Shown here: piece after piece, positions 1 through 15,990 of the stretch
Position numbering within the stretch: position 1 is the first letter of the stretch
Layout of the letters: each line of letters begins with the position of its first letter
Origin: the human T2T-CHM13v2.0 reference genome, Homo sapiens
Assembly (NCBI RefSeq): GCF_009914755.1
Contig: NC_060926.1
Length of the DNA: 64,000 nt
Reading direction: 5' to 3' (one strand)
Notes under the pieces: model-generated
Told to the model about the DNA's origin: nothing
Database searches by the model: none
What the model saw: only the letters and a program-made list of their open reading frames with translations
Made by a program: the position numbers and the translations under genes

Positions 1-135
1 AGGTGGGAGGGGAGGGGCGGGAGTGCCCAGCGCCCCAGGGGCCAGGCTGTGTGGGCACTGGGGGGAGATGCGCCGTGGACCACAGGGACCCGTGGTGCTG
101 GGCAGCTTCCCGGCAAAAGGTCTGGAAGGTGTGTC

Positions 136-735
136 TGTAGTAGACAGAATTCTCAGGATGCTCCCAAAACCTCTGCCCACTGGTTAGCCAGACACAAATC
201 TAGGAACTTCCTGCAAGGGACTTTGCAGATAGGACTGAGGTTGCTAATGAGCTGACCTTAACATAGGGAGATAGTTCTGGATTATCTGGGTAGGTCCAGC
301 ATAATCATATGAGCCCTTAAAAGCAGCCGAAGAAGCCAGGAGAGGAGCTAAGAGAGATTGAAAGAGAAGGAACTCAACCCACCATTGTGGGGAGGAGACC
401 TGTTCCCCGCCATTGGTCATCCTTGGAAGATGGTAATAGCCCCTGGGCATCACAAGGCAATTCAGCCACCCAGGGACCTCAGTCCGACAGCACTCTGGAA
501 CTACATCTGCCTGTAATCTGAATGAGACTGCGAGTTGATTCAGCCGCAGAGCCTCCAGAAAGGGACACAGCCGCGATGACACCTTAATTTAGGCTCTCTG
601 TGACTCCAAGCAGAGAACCCACTGAGCCACACTGTGCCCAGCCCTTTGACCTACAGAAACAGATAACAAATGTATGTGCTGTTAAGCCTCTAAATGCAGG
701 TTAATTTGTTTCAGCAGCAATAGGAAAATAATACA
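136..735 (+). mobile_element. MaLR LTR, MLT1 family (solo LTR)
   Basis: TG…CA ends; MLT1 hallmarks gggactttgcagat…attatctgggt…ggccc and terminal gcagcaataggaaaataataca. Confidence 0.75.
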
Positions 736-1769
736 TGCATCCCTGCCCGTGGGAGTCACATGGCCCAGGGCCTTAGCAGCGGCCCAGGAGCTGGCTGGCT
801 GTCAGTCACTGAGAAGATGATGAGGGACTGTCAGCCGTTAGGGAATGCCATCCAGGAGCCGTTTGTCTACTATTCACTAGTTAGGGAATGGGGAGCTAAT
901 TTGCATTTTAATGCTAGATTCTCACCATTTTCCCAAACAGGAAATCCTTCCAGAGTAGAATCTTAGCACTTACCTAGGCATCTTTTATGCTTTTGGGGTT
1001 CTGTGCCCTATCCCTCTGGTCTTGCCTGGACTGGGGAGTGGGACTGTTAAGCAAAGAGCAGATTAGGTGAGGCCACCCACCAAAGTACCAACACCTAGGT
1101 GCGGGGAGTTGGTCTGAAGAGAGGCTGAAAGACCAAGTCCAAGTCATGAAGGGAAGCAAAAGGCCAAGTCATTGGCTAAGTCCGAAGGATAAAATGGGGC
1201 CAAAAGTAGGCCAGGTGGTCCTGCTGAACACAGTTGGGTACTTGTAAGGGATTGGGAGGTGGACTGTAGGTAAAATTGGTCACCCTGTGGCTTAAGATTG
1301 AGGCAAGGCTGTCACAATGACATACATCTTCCACCAAAATACAAGGCATAGGGTGTAGGAAATTACAGTGAAATTGCAGAAGAAATTCTAATTGAAGGGA
1401 TCCAGCAAAGAGTAAAGGCGTTTGTCATGGAGACTGCTGTGACATTAATTTATGGACCTACTATGTTCTCAGTCCTCTATGTGGAAGATGTCTTCACTCT
1501 AGATGGTGGGCACCATTATGATCCCTGACTGTCCCCAGCCTCTGTGTCTATTCCAAGGAGCCTCCAGCTTCTCTATCCTTGTGACTGGAGTCAGCCAGTG
1601 CTTAAGGGGAAAGTGGCCCAAATGCTGAATTTATGTCCCTGTCCTCTCCTCTCCTCCATCATAGCCCTGCAGTTTCCTCTTTCTTTAATATCTTTCTGGT
1701 ACCTTCAAATAGATAGTTATTACTTTTTCACTCAAGTTTTTAAGCTCTTCTTACTTTTTATAGGCTAGG

Positions 1770-4700
1770 GTATTTTCCTCTTTTTTATTCATTCTTCACA
1801 GATATTATTTTAAAATATAAACGTGTTTGTTGCTTTTTCTGATTGTGAAGCTAATATATTCATCTTGGCAAATCCAACATAACAGAAAATAATTAGAGTT
1901 AAATTCACCTGAAATCCTACCATCCAAAAATAGATACTGTTAACTATTTCGTATGCAACCTTTTGTATATCTATGCCTTTTCATTGTTTGTCTTTTTATT
2001 ATTTTTTCATAAATAAGATCACACTCTATATACTGGTTTGTAAGCTACTTTTTAATTTAATAATATGCTTTTAGTGACTTTAGTTTTGATAAATATAAAG
2101 CTAAATTATTCTTTTCTTTTCTTTTTTTTTTTTTTTTTTTTTTTTTTTGGAGACAGAGTCTCGCCCTATCCCCCGGGCTGGAGTGCAATGGCACGATCTC
2201 AGCTCACTGCAACCTCCGCTTCCCAGGTTCAAGTGATTCTCATTGCCTCAGCCTCCCAAGTAGCTGTGATTACAGGCACCCACCACCCCGCCCAGCTAAT
2301 TTTTGTATTTTTAGTAGAGACAGGGTTTCGCCATGTTGGCCAGGCTAGTCTCGAACTCCTGACCTCAGGTAATCCACCAGCCTCAGGCTCCCAAAGTGTC
2401 AAGATTACACGCATGAGCCACCACACCTGGCCCCTAAATTATTCTTTTGAATTGGCTACATGGTGTTTCATTATATAAATGTACCTTAATTTATTTTAGT
2501 AGTCCCCTAATAATGTTCAATTTGTTTGTCTGTAATATTTTTCTATTAGAATCAATGCTGGAATCAATATACTTGTAAATACATACTTGTGTGCTTTTCT
2601 GAGTACTTGTTTTCTTAGGATAAAACCCTAAAAATAGAACAATTGGATCAACATATTTGTTCTTTGTAAAACTTTTCTTGAAGTATAATACACATGCATA
2701 AAAGTGCACCAATAATAAATGTATGTTTTGATGAATTTTCACAAAGTAGATATTCTCATGCAACCAACATCCAGATCAAGAAATAGAACATTACCATCAC
2801 AACAGTCTCTTTCTTTTAAATGGAGTATTTAGTCCATTAACTTTTAATGTGATTATTGATATAGTTGGGCTTACATTGGTCATTTTCCTCTTTTTTTGTC
2901 ACATGTTCTTTGTGTTACTCCTTTTCTCCTTTTCTGTTTTGTTTTGGATTAATTGGATCTTTTTTAAAAAAATCCTATCTTTATTATTGGCTTATCACTA
3001 TTCCTTTATGTTATTTTATAATGGTTGCTCTGAAGATTATTTTATATATACATGTGTATATATATATCTTTTCATAGTCTACTAAAAGTAATATTTACCA
3101 CTTTATATAAAATGTAAGAATCTTGCATGTGTATAATTTCATTTATCCCTTTCCTGTTTTATGGATAGAGCTGTCATTTATATGCTCATCTACATGTACT
3201 ATAAGCCCCACAATATAATGTTATGATTTTTGCTTTAAATTGCTATGTATTTTTAAAGAAATTAATTTTAAAATAGTGTGTTGTACATACCCACAGTTTA
3301 ACACTTCTGGTGCTTATCATTTTATCTTGAAGATCAGAATTTCCATTTGTCATCATTCTCACTTTTGCCTGAGCAACTTCACTTAATGTTTCTTGTAGTA
3401 ATCATTTGCTGGTCAATGATTCTCTTAGCTTTCATTTTTCTTTTTTTGGACAGCAGACATTGTGGTGGTGTCCTGTGGGTCACCACCAGGGACACGCACC
3501 TCCTTCTTTCATTTTTCTGAAGATGTATTTATTTCACTTTTATTATTGCAAAATATTTTTGTTGTTGTAGAATTCTGAGTTGACAGTTTTTTTCTTTCAG
3601 CAATTCAAAGATGTTGTTACAGTATCTCTGTCTTTCATTACAGTCAACTGTCATTCAACAAAGGTCTGTCTTGTTATGTTTCTCTGTATTCTGCTTGGGA
3701 TTCAGTGATCTCCTTGAATCTGTACATTTATTCTTTCACCAGATTTGTGAAACTGTTGGTCATTATGTCTTCAGAATTGTTTCTGCTTCATTCACTCTCT
3801 CCTCATGTATGTTAGACCATAGTATTTTCCCAAGTCACTAAGTTGCTGTTCATTATTTTCCAACATTTTTTTCTCTTTTTCAAATTGGATCATTTCTATT
3901 CGTCTGTCTTCAAGCTGCTATTTCTTTCAGTATTTCCAATCTTCAGTTCAGCCTATTCAGTAAATATTTTTATTTTGATACTGTATTCTCCAGTTCTGGA
4001 ATTTCTATTTGATTCTTTGTTATAATGTCCATTTCTTTGCCATTTCCTATTTCTTCATGCTTTAGAAGTATGTGCTTCTGTATATTTTTGAGCATTATTA
4101 TAATAGTTTATCTGTTGCTTCAGACACCTGCATCGCCTAAGTGCTGGTTTACACTGACTTTTCTCTTGGGAACCAATCACATTTTCCTTTTCTTCATATG
4201 TCTAGTAAATTTCGATTGTATGTTGGCTATTGAATAGTTTACAGTCTTTGGATTCTGTTGTTTCTCTGAAGAGGTTTTTGTTTTGTTTTGTTTTGTTTTT
4301 TCCGACCTTTTAGCAGGAAGTTAATGTGGTTGAATTAAAACTTCACATTCTACGTTCAGGTTTTGTAGCCTCTACTAGGCTGCTTGGAGTATTCCCCATA
4401 CCTTCAGAATTCAGGGGTCAGCCAGAGATTTGGGCAGAGCTCCACACAGAGCTCTGTAGCTCGCCTCTGCAGCTCTTTGTTCTGAGATTGTCCTCCTTAT
4501 TGATGCTTCTAAGATCACCTTAAAATCTTTGTTCTAACTGTTCAATCAGTGACACTGTGACTGCAGGTTTCTCTCTGTGTTTTAGCCACCCCTTGGTGCC
4601 TGCCTGCAAGCAGAAAGCTGTAAGGGCAGGAAACTCAGCCAGGGGTATTCCTGTGGTTTCTGCCTGCTTTAGGTCATTCTCCAGTGCCATCAGATAGCCG

Positions 4701-4800
4701 TTTTGTTGTGCTTTTTTCCCAGTAGGTATAATTATCTGCACAGAGTTTGTCTGATAGTAGCCATTCCACTATTATTAGAAACCCTTAAGAGAAAATAAAT
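1770..4800 (-). mobile_element. Degraded ancient L1M (L1ME-like) fragments, interrupted by an Alu
   Basis: T-rich antisense L1 texture (gtatttatttcac…tagaattctgagttgacag; atttagtccatt). Confidence 0.55.
2113..2432 (-). mobile_element. Alu (S-type)
   Basis: polyT + antisense Alu dimer. Confidence 0.95.
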
Positions 4801-4893
4801 ATTTTATTCATTGAGTGATTGAGAGGAATATTTTTTTACATTCTCTGACGTGAAATTAGGTTTTGGATGACGCTAATGGCCTCTGTCGAAGAG

Positions 4894-6051
4894 CAAGCAT
4901 GTGCTTCTGTATCAGCCACTTTGGACAGCATTGCATGCTACTAATGTCCACATTGGTGGTTCCTGGTAGCTTCCCTCAAAACTGGTTAACTTAGATTGGT
5001 CAGGAGCCCACCAGAGCTGAGGGGGTGGGGTAGAGAGAAGAAACGAAGTTAGGTGGGCAGCAAGCTTTGATGCTGTGGGTGAGGCAGAGCAAGTGTCTCT
5101 GTTGTGGCTGGGGTTACTTTGTTGTGCACTTGGGACATAATGGAGGGAAGCTAAAGCCACATCCTGACAGAGTTCTACATCTTAGCGTTGCAGAGGCATT
5201 TCCACTTTAGAAATCAAACTCGTGTTTATGTGTTTAAAGCAGATCCAGAATGGATGGTATTTTCAAGTTAATGTCTTGAGAAAAAAAGAGGTAGGCAATT
5301 ATTAGAGCAGAGGTGTGTGTGTTGGAAACTACACAGGTTTGAAGCCACAGGACTTAGGGTTGTGTCTGAATTCTGCTGCCATTTTCTCTCTGAGCTGGTA
5401 AAGCCTTTCCACACTGCAGAATTTCTCTTATGTGAAGTGAAGTCAAATAACACAGTTCCACAACAGAGGAGTAAACAAAAATGTTTGTTGAACCTGAATC
5501 CAAAAGGTTTAGATTACATTTTCTTGATAGTAAAACAAAATAGTCCAGGCATTTTAGCACACCTGACCTTTTCAGCCTCATTTATCCCAACCTTAGCCCC
5601 TTCACCCACCCTTAGATTATCCGAAGTTTCACCAGTGTTCAAGCCCATGCCTAGGAATTTTATGGGAAATATTTGACAAAGGGATAAAAGTAGCCTTTAG
5701 CAAATTTGTTTTATCTGTCTTAAAGTATGCATTCATTTGAATAGACAGTGTCAGGGTTGGTAGGAAAAAGGATGGTAGCAGAAGAGAAAAAAAATGCAAT
5801 TTCTGGGAAGTCTGCATGTTTCCAGCAATATTTAGGACTTAAGCTCCCGTGAATATCAGGACCTCAAGCATGTGCTTCCATATCAGCCACTTTGGACAGC
5901 ATTTCATGCTATTAATCCCCCCATTGGTCGTTCCTGGTAGCTTCTCTCAAAACTGGTTAACTGAGATTGGTCAAGAGCCCATCGGAGCTGATGGGGGTGG
6001 GGTAGAGAGAGGAAATGAGGCCAGATGGGCAGCAAGCTTTGGATGCTGTGG
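4894..6051. repeat. Direct duplication of ~185 bp (4894-5078 / 5865-6051)
   Basis: caagcatgtgcttc…ggttaact.agattggtca…gggcagcaagcttt.gatgctgtgg occurs in both copies. Confidence 0.92.
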
Positions 6052-6640
6052 TAAGGAGTTTTGACTGTCACTCTGAAGCAGCTCTCAGGCAGAGGAATGA
6101 TGTGATTTATTGTAGTTTACCAAGGACCGCTCAGGGTATTGTGCAGAGGGAAGACCAGCTGGAGGTTCTTGTGTCACTCCGTGAAGTGTGGGGGCGGCGG
6201 AGGGGCAGAGATGGGACCTGCACTGGAGGTACGTGGTGGACAGATGAAAAATGGTTGGATTCTGGATAATAAAGTAAAGGTAGGGCTAGCTGATGGACTT
6301 GATGATAAATATGGATGTGAACTGAAAGAAAGACAGGTGTCAGGATAACCAAAATTATCCTTGCCAAGATTTTTGTTCTGAGCTACTGAAAGAATGCAGT
6401 TGTCTGCTACTGAGATCAGGACGCCTGTGGCTGAGCAGTTTTGGGTGGGTGGTCAGGAGTTCTCCTTGGAGGGAGGGTAGGGGCAGCAAGGGGGTCCTCC
6501 TCGTGTAGGCAGAACAGCTAGAGACCCAGGGCAGGAGAGGTGTGGAGAGGGTTGGGCATTGAGAGACAGGGAGCAGTTTTCCCCTCCAAGGAGAACCTTG
6601 AGATGCATATCAGGCATCTCAGCAGAGGGGCCTAGGAGGC
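5990..6640 (-). mobile_element. L2 LINE fragment containing the ARHGEF4 alternative first exon
   Basis: Antisense-L2 motifs ggtaaggagtttt…, ggttggattctgga, caagatttttg.tctgagc.actg…actgagat…caggagttc…ttgagatgc. Confidence 0.65.
6015..6228 (+). CDS. ARHGEF4: ARHGEF4 alternative first coding exon (N-terminus MRPDGQQ...GTCTG of the 619-aa Asef)
   Basis: ATG at 6015 and donor GAG|GTACGT after 6228. Its 214 nt (phase 1) fit the 2-nt CC at the start of the 22263 exon. All 11 exons sum to 1860 nt = 619 aa + stop, matching the length I recall for Asef. Confidence 0.8.
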
Positions 6641-6919
6641 ACTTAGAGTGGCACGGGGCAGGTGTCACTTCTTTGCCTAGAGCTTCCTTTGACCACCCAT
6701 AAGAAGCCTTTACAATGACTACAGTGCAGAAATGTGCAAATACCCAAAAGTGAACGCAAGCCTGGCTGTGTCAGACAAAAGATACTGAAGTTGCAAAGCC
6801 ACAGGCCTCAGAGTGGGGATGCCTTTCACTGTGAAATCCCATATTTCTAGAGCAAGAACCAAGGCATTTTTGCCAGGACTTTTGTGTGTGTGTGTGTGTT
6901 GGGGGGTGGGGGAGGGGTG

Positions 6920-7224
<305 letters not shown>

Positions 7225-7904
7225 TGACTGTGGAGAGCACAGTGGAAAGGAAGTCTACCAATATTTTCTTTACACGTACAAAATGAGAGATTTATGTAAA
7301 AACCACACCTTCAAGATCCAGGAAAAACTATTCTGGTTCAAGAAACCCTAATCACTGTGAAAAGATTCACCTCGGCAGTTACCTAGGACTAATGACAACT
7401 GTGACATCTTCAGATATTACGTGCCGAGACCAAAGAACTGCCAGCTTCAGAGGAGGAAGCACAGGGCACGCCGCAGTGTGGATAGAGGCCTGGTTGTCAG
7501 GAGCAGATTCAACCTAAGGTGCCCAGCTCTCACCAGCCTGGCAATAGATTTATTTGTATTTGTACTTAAAAGGTGTAATTATCTATTAGGCATTTCTTTA
7601 AAATAATATGCTGAAGAAAGTCTGCATGAATTTTAATCCAAACTGAAGAGAAGTACAGGTCTACCAACAAAGTGGTCAGCTAGAGTGTGCACTGGATATC
7701 GAGACCAGCCAGCATAAAAGGCCGAATGGTGTGCTGAAGGCCTGATGATGCTTGGATGGTTACTTCAACCTAAAACTAATATCCACATGCCCAACCCCTG
7801 TAAGCTCAAACGTTAGAGTTTCTCATGCATGATTGTCCTGATCCATTTCCCTTAAGTGGCTTGCACAGCAGAAGGGGGAAATTGTACCATTTTAGAAGTC
7901 TAAT

Positions 7905-8223
<319 letters not shown>

Positions 8224-9927
8224 AATTTGTTTTAAATAACTAGCTCAGCTATAATCTACCATGAACAATGATGGTGTTTTATTTGGTATTTAAATAATTT
8301 TTGTAATGAAAATTGTTAATCATGACATGATTTATTTTATTGCAGAGCATTAGGGTGAAAATAATGAAAATTTTCATTAAAGGAATATGTGACATAACTT
8401 CATTATATTATATACAGTGTTGTATTGATTTGCCAAAACTTGTAATTTGGTAACGATATTGCATTCCTTGGGTTTGTACTCCAAAAGTCTGTGATCTAAA
8501 ATGTTGAGTTGCAGGCTGGTTCTGTTCAGTGAAAAATGAAAATGATTACCTGAATTTTGCAGCAACCTAAACTTAGAGGAACAGCTGTTCACATCCCTGG
8601 CATTTCACATTTGCCTAACATAACACTACCATGTGTCAGAAACCATGCTTCACTTACTGCTAAATCATGACGCAGCCATGTTTTATGTAATTACTTTTTA
8701 AAGTAATTGTGACCACAAAGTCTTGTTTGTACATGAAGACCTGACTTTTGACTGATTTCCCAGGTTAGAAAAAGTCCTGCTGGAATTTTGATAGGAATTG
8801 CATTAAACCTATGCATCCATTTGGAAGCAACTGAAATCTTTATCCAGTTGAGCCCTCCAATCCATGAACACAGAATGTCTCTCCATATTTAGATCCTCTT
8901 TGATTTCTTTCAGTGCTCCATTATTTTAAAGCAAGTCCCAGACATCATGTAATTTGATCTGTAAATAGCATAGTATATGTCTTAAAACATAAGGTCTCTT
9001 TCTCTCTGTGCCACACTTTCTTCTCTGGCATTTTAAAAGCAGTGGTCTCCCTGAGGTGGGGATTGAAACAGATTTCTTGTAGGAGTCACTGCTTTTCTTG
9101 GCTAAAGGCTCCTCTTACCTTCAGTGAGATGGCACGACAGCACCAAATAGCCAGGGGTCCTTGGAGGGAGAGTAGGGGCAGCAAGGGGGTCCTCCTTGTG
9201 TAGGCAGAACGGCTAGAGACCCAGGGCAGGAGAGGTGTGGAGAGCGATGGGCACTGAGAGACGGGGAGCAGTTTTCCCCTGCCCTGGCTGCGGGTTGCCT
9301 GAGGGACCTCAGCATGTCTCACCTGTGTGTGAGCTGCGGGGCCTAGATCTGTGCGGCGCACCTAATGATACCTGCCTCACAGGTAGGCTGGAGTCACACA
9401 CACAGCAGAAGGAGGGTTGTATGTTCTCAGAAAAAGTTATTTTCCCCCCACCAGGAAGAGAACTGGGAGACGAAGGAGCCTGAGAGAAGTTCAGTTTCTC
9501 CCAGGAGGGCCCAGACGCAGGTCTCTGCAGCAGAGCGCATTCCCACTTGGGACTGTAGATGGCTCAGGGTTTCTGTTGCCAAAGGAACAAAGCTCTCCAA
9601 ATCTGAGGTTTTCAGTGAGCCGTTTGTACAACCTAAAAATTAAAAATCTGGAGCTGAGATGACTAAATGTAGTATTGGATCCTGAAACAGAAAAAGGCCA
9701 TTTGGGAGAACCTGAGGAAATCTGAACAAAATCTGGACATCAGTGACTATCAGAGTCAGTGTTACTCCGTTCGCATGACAAATGTGCCATGCTAGTGTGA
9801 GACCTTATGGTCGGGGAGCCCTGGTGTGGGTGCCTGGGAACTCTGTGCTGGTTGACCGGTTGTTCTGTACATCTAAAACTGTTCTTTAAAAGTCTATCAA
9901 AAATAATCTTTTTAAAAAACAAAAGCT

Positions 9928-10040
9928 AGTCTGGGTGCAAGTGGCTCACGCTTGGAATCCCAGCACTTTGGGAAGCCAAGGGCGGATCACCTGAGGTCAG
10001 GAGTTCAAGACCAGCCTAGCGAACATGGCAAAACCCCATC
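9928..10040 (+). mobile_element. Alu left-arm fragment
   Basis: ggctcacgc…cccagcactttggga…tctctactaaaa. Confidence 0.85.
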
Positions 10041-10079
10041 TCTACTAAAAATAGAAACAAACTCAGTCCAGTGCAGAGA

Positions 10080-10230
10080 GCCCAGTGACCTGGCTGGCCG
10101 GCAAGCTTTGGCCCCTTGTGAGCGTGTGAAGAAACTTCACCTCTCTGGGCCCCAGCTTCCTCATCTGTAGAATGGACACATCATTTCGCCTTCCTTGTTC
10201 ATGTCGCAAGGATGAAGTGAGAGGCCCCTG
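10080..10230 (+). mobile_element. MIR fragment
   Basis: MIR core cttcacctctctgggccccagcttcctcatctgtagaatgg. Confidence 0.7.
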
Positions 10231-10369
10231 TAGGGCCACACCCGGACACGTATCCCAGTCCCGCAGCGCAGAGCCACTGGGGAGCCTGCACCTGCCGTTT
10301 TGCCCGGGCAGGGACCACATGCATGCCAGGGCTCCCCGGGAGCCTCACCTCTCACCCTCCTTCTTGCTT

Positions 10370-10700
10370 CTCACTCTACTCCAGCCACTCTGCAGTTCTT
10401 CCATGACCAGCAGCAACCCCACCCTCTTGCTTCTGGGACTAGATGCTGTCCCTGTTGCCTGGAACACTCTTCACCCCCCTTGCTACCCTGACACCTCCCA
10501 ACGTGCCCCACCAGGATCTCCCAGGCCTGGTTGGGCCTCCTGTGCCTGTGGTTTCCCAGCATCATCACGCAACATTATTTGTTTAACTCCCTTATTTCCT
10601 GCCAGACCCCCATCACCTTCACATTGCATCCTCAGAACCCTGCGTGTGTCTGTGGCGCATACCCAATGGGCTCTGGATAAATACATTTGAGTGAATTCAG
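10370..10700 (+). mobile_element. L2 3' end fragment
   Basis: gctgtccct…gcctggaacactctt and terminal ataaatacatttgagtgaat. Confidence 0.6.
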
Positions 10701-10957
10701 AAAGCAGTGAACCAATGCGCAGACGTGAACTGGAAGCACCTGGCTGTTTGGTGCTGGATGAACAGCCAGGCCGCCTGCACCCTGCCCAGTGCCCCCCATG
10801 CCCAGATTCCTGTTTCTACTCCAAGACTGTATGCCAGACTCTTTAGAGAAGTTTCTCAAAGGGCCCCAAGGCCATGTCAAAGACTGCATTGCCTGCATTT
10901 GCTGGAGCAGAGCTCAGTAAGTCAGTACTCACTTTGTTAATGGCTTTTGATGGACAG

Positions 10958-11139
10958 CAGTGGATCTCAAATTTGAGCATGCACCAGAGTCATCCAGAGG
11001 GCTATGCAGACACAACCTGGGGGCCCCACCCCAGAGTTTCTGATTCAGTGGGTCTGGGGACGGGTCTCAAGGATTTGCATCTCTACCAAGTTCCCTAAGT
11101 GCTGCTGCTGGTCTGGGGACCACACTATGAGAACCACTG
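10958..11139. mobile_element. MER5A (hAT-Charlie) MITE
   Basis: TIRs CAGTGG…CCACTG; internal gggccccaccccagagtttctgattcagtgggtctggg. Confidence 0.85.
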
Positions 11140-13449
11140 ACTTGCAGGGCAGTAGGTCAGCATGGGAAAGAGATGCATAGGGAGGACATTCCTCCACCTC
11201 TCTCCCTGGGTGGGCAGAGCTACCTGCCTTCCCTTGTAAGGGGAAGCAGAAAATTGTTTGGCTGCTGTTCACCAGAGGCAAAGGCACCCTCACTGAGCAT
11301 TTATCTAGAATCTAGAGCTCTTAGCTGCTGTGCTGTCTAAACACTGTTGGAATTTCAGAATGAATCAGAGACTGCTGACTTGTCTTCCTATAAAAAATTT
11401 AAAATCCAAAATCAAGACTGGCCTTTGTGTTGCTGGGCCATGTTGTTTTTGTTCATTTATTCACCTGCATACACCGTGGGGCACATGGTCCCATCCTTTA
11501 ACGCTTTCCTATGAATTAGCTGTGTGAGACCCACAGTAGCTTTGTAAGAGAGTTTGAGCCCAGTCTAAGCAGACAAGTGACTGGCTCTCCCACTGGCTGT
11601 TTGCACAGAGCCTGGATCTCCTGGCTTCAGTCCCGGAGTCCTTCCCCCACCTTCACCTTCACTCCCTCTCCCACGAATGCCTGCTCAACCTTTCGTTCAT
11701 GCAGTTGTGAAACCCTCAGGAAACACCTCCTCAATCCCACACCCTGTGCTGGGAGCTGGAATGTAAAATGATGAGTAAAAGTACTGGGAGACTCATGTTG
11801 AAACTCGCTTTTCTTTTCTCCCAGGCTGCAAATTTGCTAGATGAACAATCATTTTGTGAACTGCTGAGACCCCAGCTGGGACTACTGAAAAGCCAAGAAA
11901 AGTAGTGACTCCTACAAGAAATCTGTTTTATTCCCCTCGAGAGACCATTGCTTTTAAAATACCCCAGAAAAGAAAGTGTAGCAGCAAGACAGAGAGGGAG
12001 AGCAAGGGAAAGAGATGCCTTGCCTTTTAAGACATATACTATGCTATTCACGGATCAAATTATGTGATGTCTGGGACTTGTTTAAAATAGCAGAGAACTG
12101 AAAGAAATCAAAGAGGATCTAAATATGGAGAGAGATTCTGTGTTCATGGATGGGAGGGCTCAACAGAGTAAAGATTTCAGTTGTCTCCGAGTTGATACAT
12201 AGGTTTAATGTAATTCCTATCAAAATCTCAGCAGGATTTTTTTCTAGCTATAGACAAGATTATTCTAAAATGTATATGGAAAGGCAAAGGAACAGGAATA
12301 GCTAAAACAGGAGGCCAGGGGAGGAAACAAAAAAGAATAGCTAAAACATTTCTGAAAAGAGGAATTAAGTAAGATGAACCACTCTACCAAATTTCAAGAA
12401 TTATTTTATACCCACAGAAAACAAGACTATTTGGTATGAGAGGTGGATGAACACATTGATCAATGGGACAGAATAGAAAATCCAGAAATAGTGCCAAACA
12501 AGTACAGCCAACCAGTTGTTTAAACAATTGTGGTATAATCCACATGCCATTGTTATTTTCATATTTTGTTATTCTTGTTGTTTTTGTAATGACCATACTC
12601 AGGATGAACTGGCATACCGCTGTGATTTTTATTTGCATTTCCCTAATGATTAGTGATGTCGTATGTCCTTATTTATATGCTATTGACCATTCGTATGTCT
12701 TTGAAGAAATGTCTATTCAAATCCTTTGCCTATTTTTGAGTTGGGCTAGTTTTTGAGTTTTTTGTTTGTTTTGTTTTTTGAGTTGTGGGAGTTTTTCAAA
12801 AATGTATTCTGGATGTTATTCCCTTATCAGATATATGATTTGCAGATATTTTCTTCCATTCTATGGGTTGCCTTTTCTCTCTTGATACTGTCCTTTAATG
12901 CACAAAAGATTTAAATTTTGATACAGTTCAATTTACCTATTTTTTTCCTGTTGCCTGTGCTTTTGGTCTTATATCCAAGAAATTATTTACAGATTCACTG
13001 CTGTAAAGCTTTCCCCTGTTTTCTTCTAAGAGTATTATAGTTTTAACTTTTATATTTAGGACTTTGTCCATTTTGAGTTAATTTTTATGTGTGTTAGGTA
13101 AGGGTTTAACTTCATTATTTTGCATTTGGATATCCAGCTTCCCAACACTGTTCGCTGTAAAGACTGTCTTTTCCCTCACAGTGTTAGCACCTTTGTCGAA
13201 AATCAATTGACCACATATGGGAGGGTTTATTTCTGGATCCTCTATTCAGTTCTATTGGTCTATATATCTATCCTTATGCCATTTCCACATTATTTGATTA
13301 TTGTGACTTTGTAGTAAGTTTTGAAATCAGGAAATGCGGGTCCTCCAACTTTGTTTTTTTCAAAATAATTTTGGCTAGTCAGGACCCCTTGAGATTCCAT
13401 GTGAATTTTAATGATGAATTTTTCTATGTGTGTAAAAAAATGCCACTGG

Positions 13450-13754
<305 letters not shown>

Positions 13755-13882
13755 TTATAGGAATGCATTGAATACACAGATTGCTTTAGGTGGTATTGTC
13801 ATCTTAAATATATTAAGACTTTCAATTTATGAACATGGGACGTCTTTCTTTGCTTTTTTTTTTTTCCAGCAATGTTTTGTAG

Positions 13883-14253
<371 letters not shown>

Positions 14254-14506
14254 AGTATTTTATTCTTTTTAATGCTATTGTAATGAAATTTTCAAAAGTT
14301 TCCTTTTCAGATTACTCATTGCAAATATACAGAAATAAAACTGATTTTTGTGTGTTAATTTATATTCTGTAGCCTTGCTGAATTTTAGTAGCTTTAATAA
14401 TTTTATTGTGGATTCTTTAAGGTATGCTACATATAAGAAGATGTCATCTGCAAACAGATAATTTTATTTTTCCTTTTCAATGTGGATGTCCTTTATTCTT
14501 TTTCTT

Positions 14507-15990
<1,484 letters not shown>

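Noticed and set aside
2065-2478. Alu-derived ORFs here and at 13942, 23900, 27068, 55791, 62594, 63686
   Set aside because: Typical Alu translations (…SLQPPPP…, …[11 protein letters not shown]…) without supported exon context.
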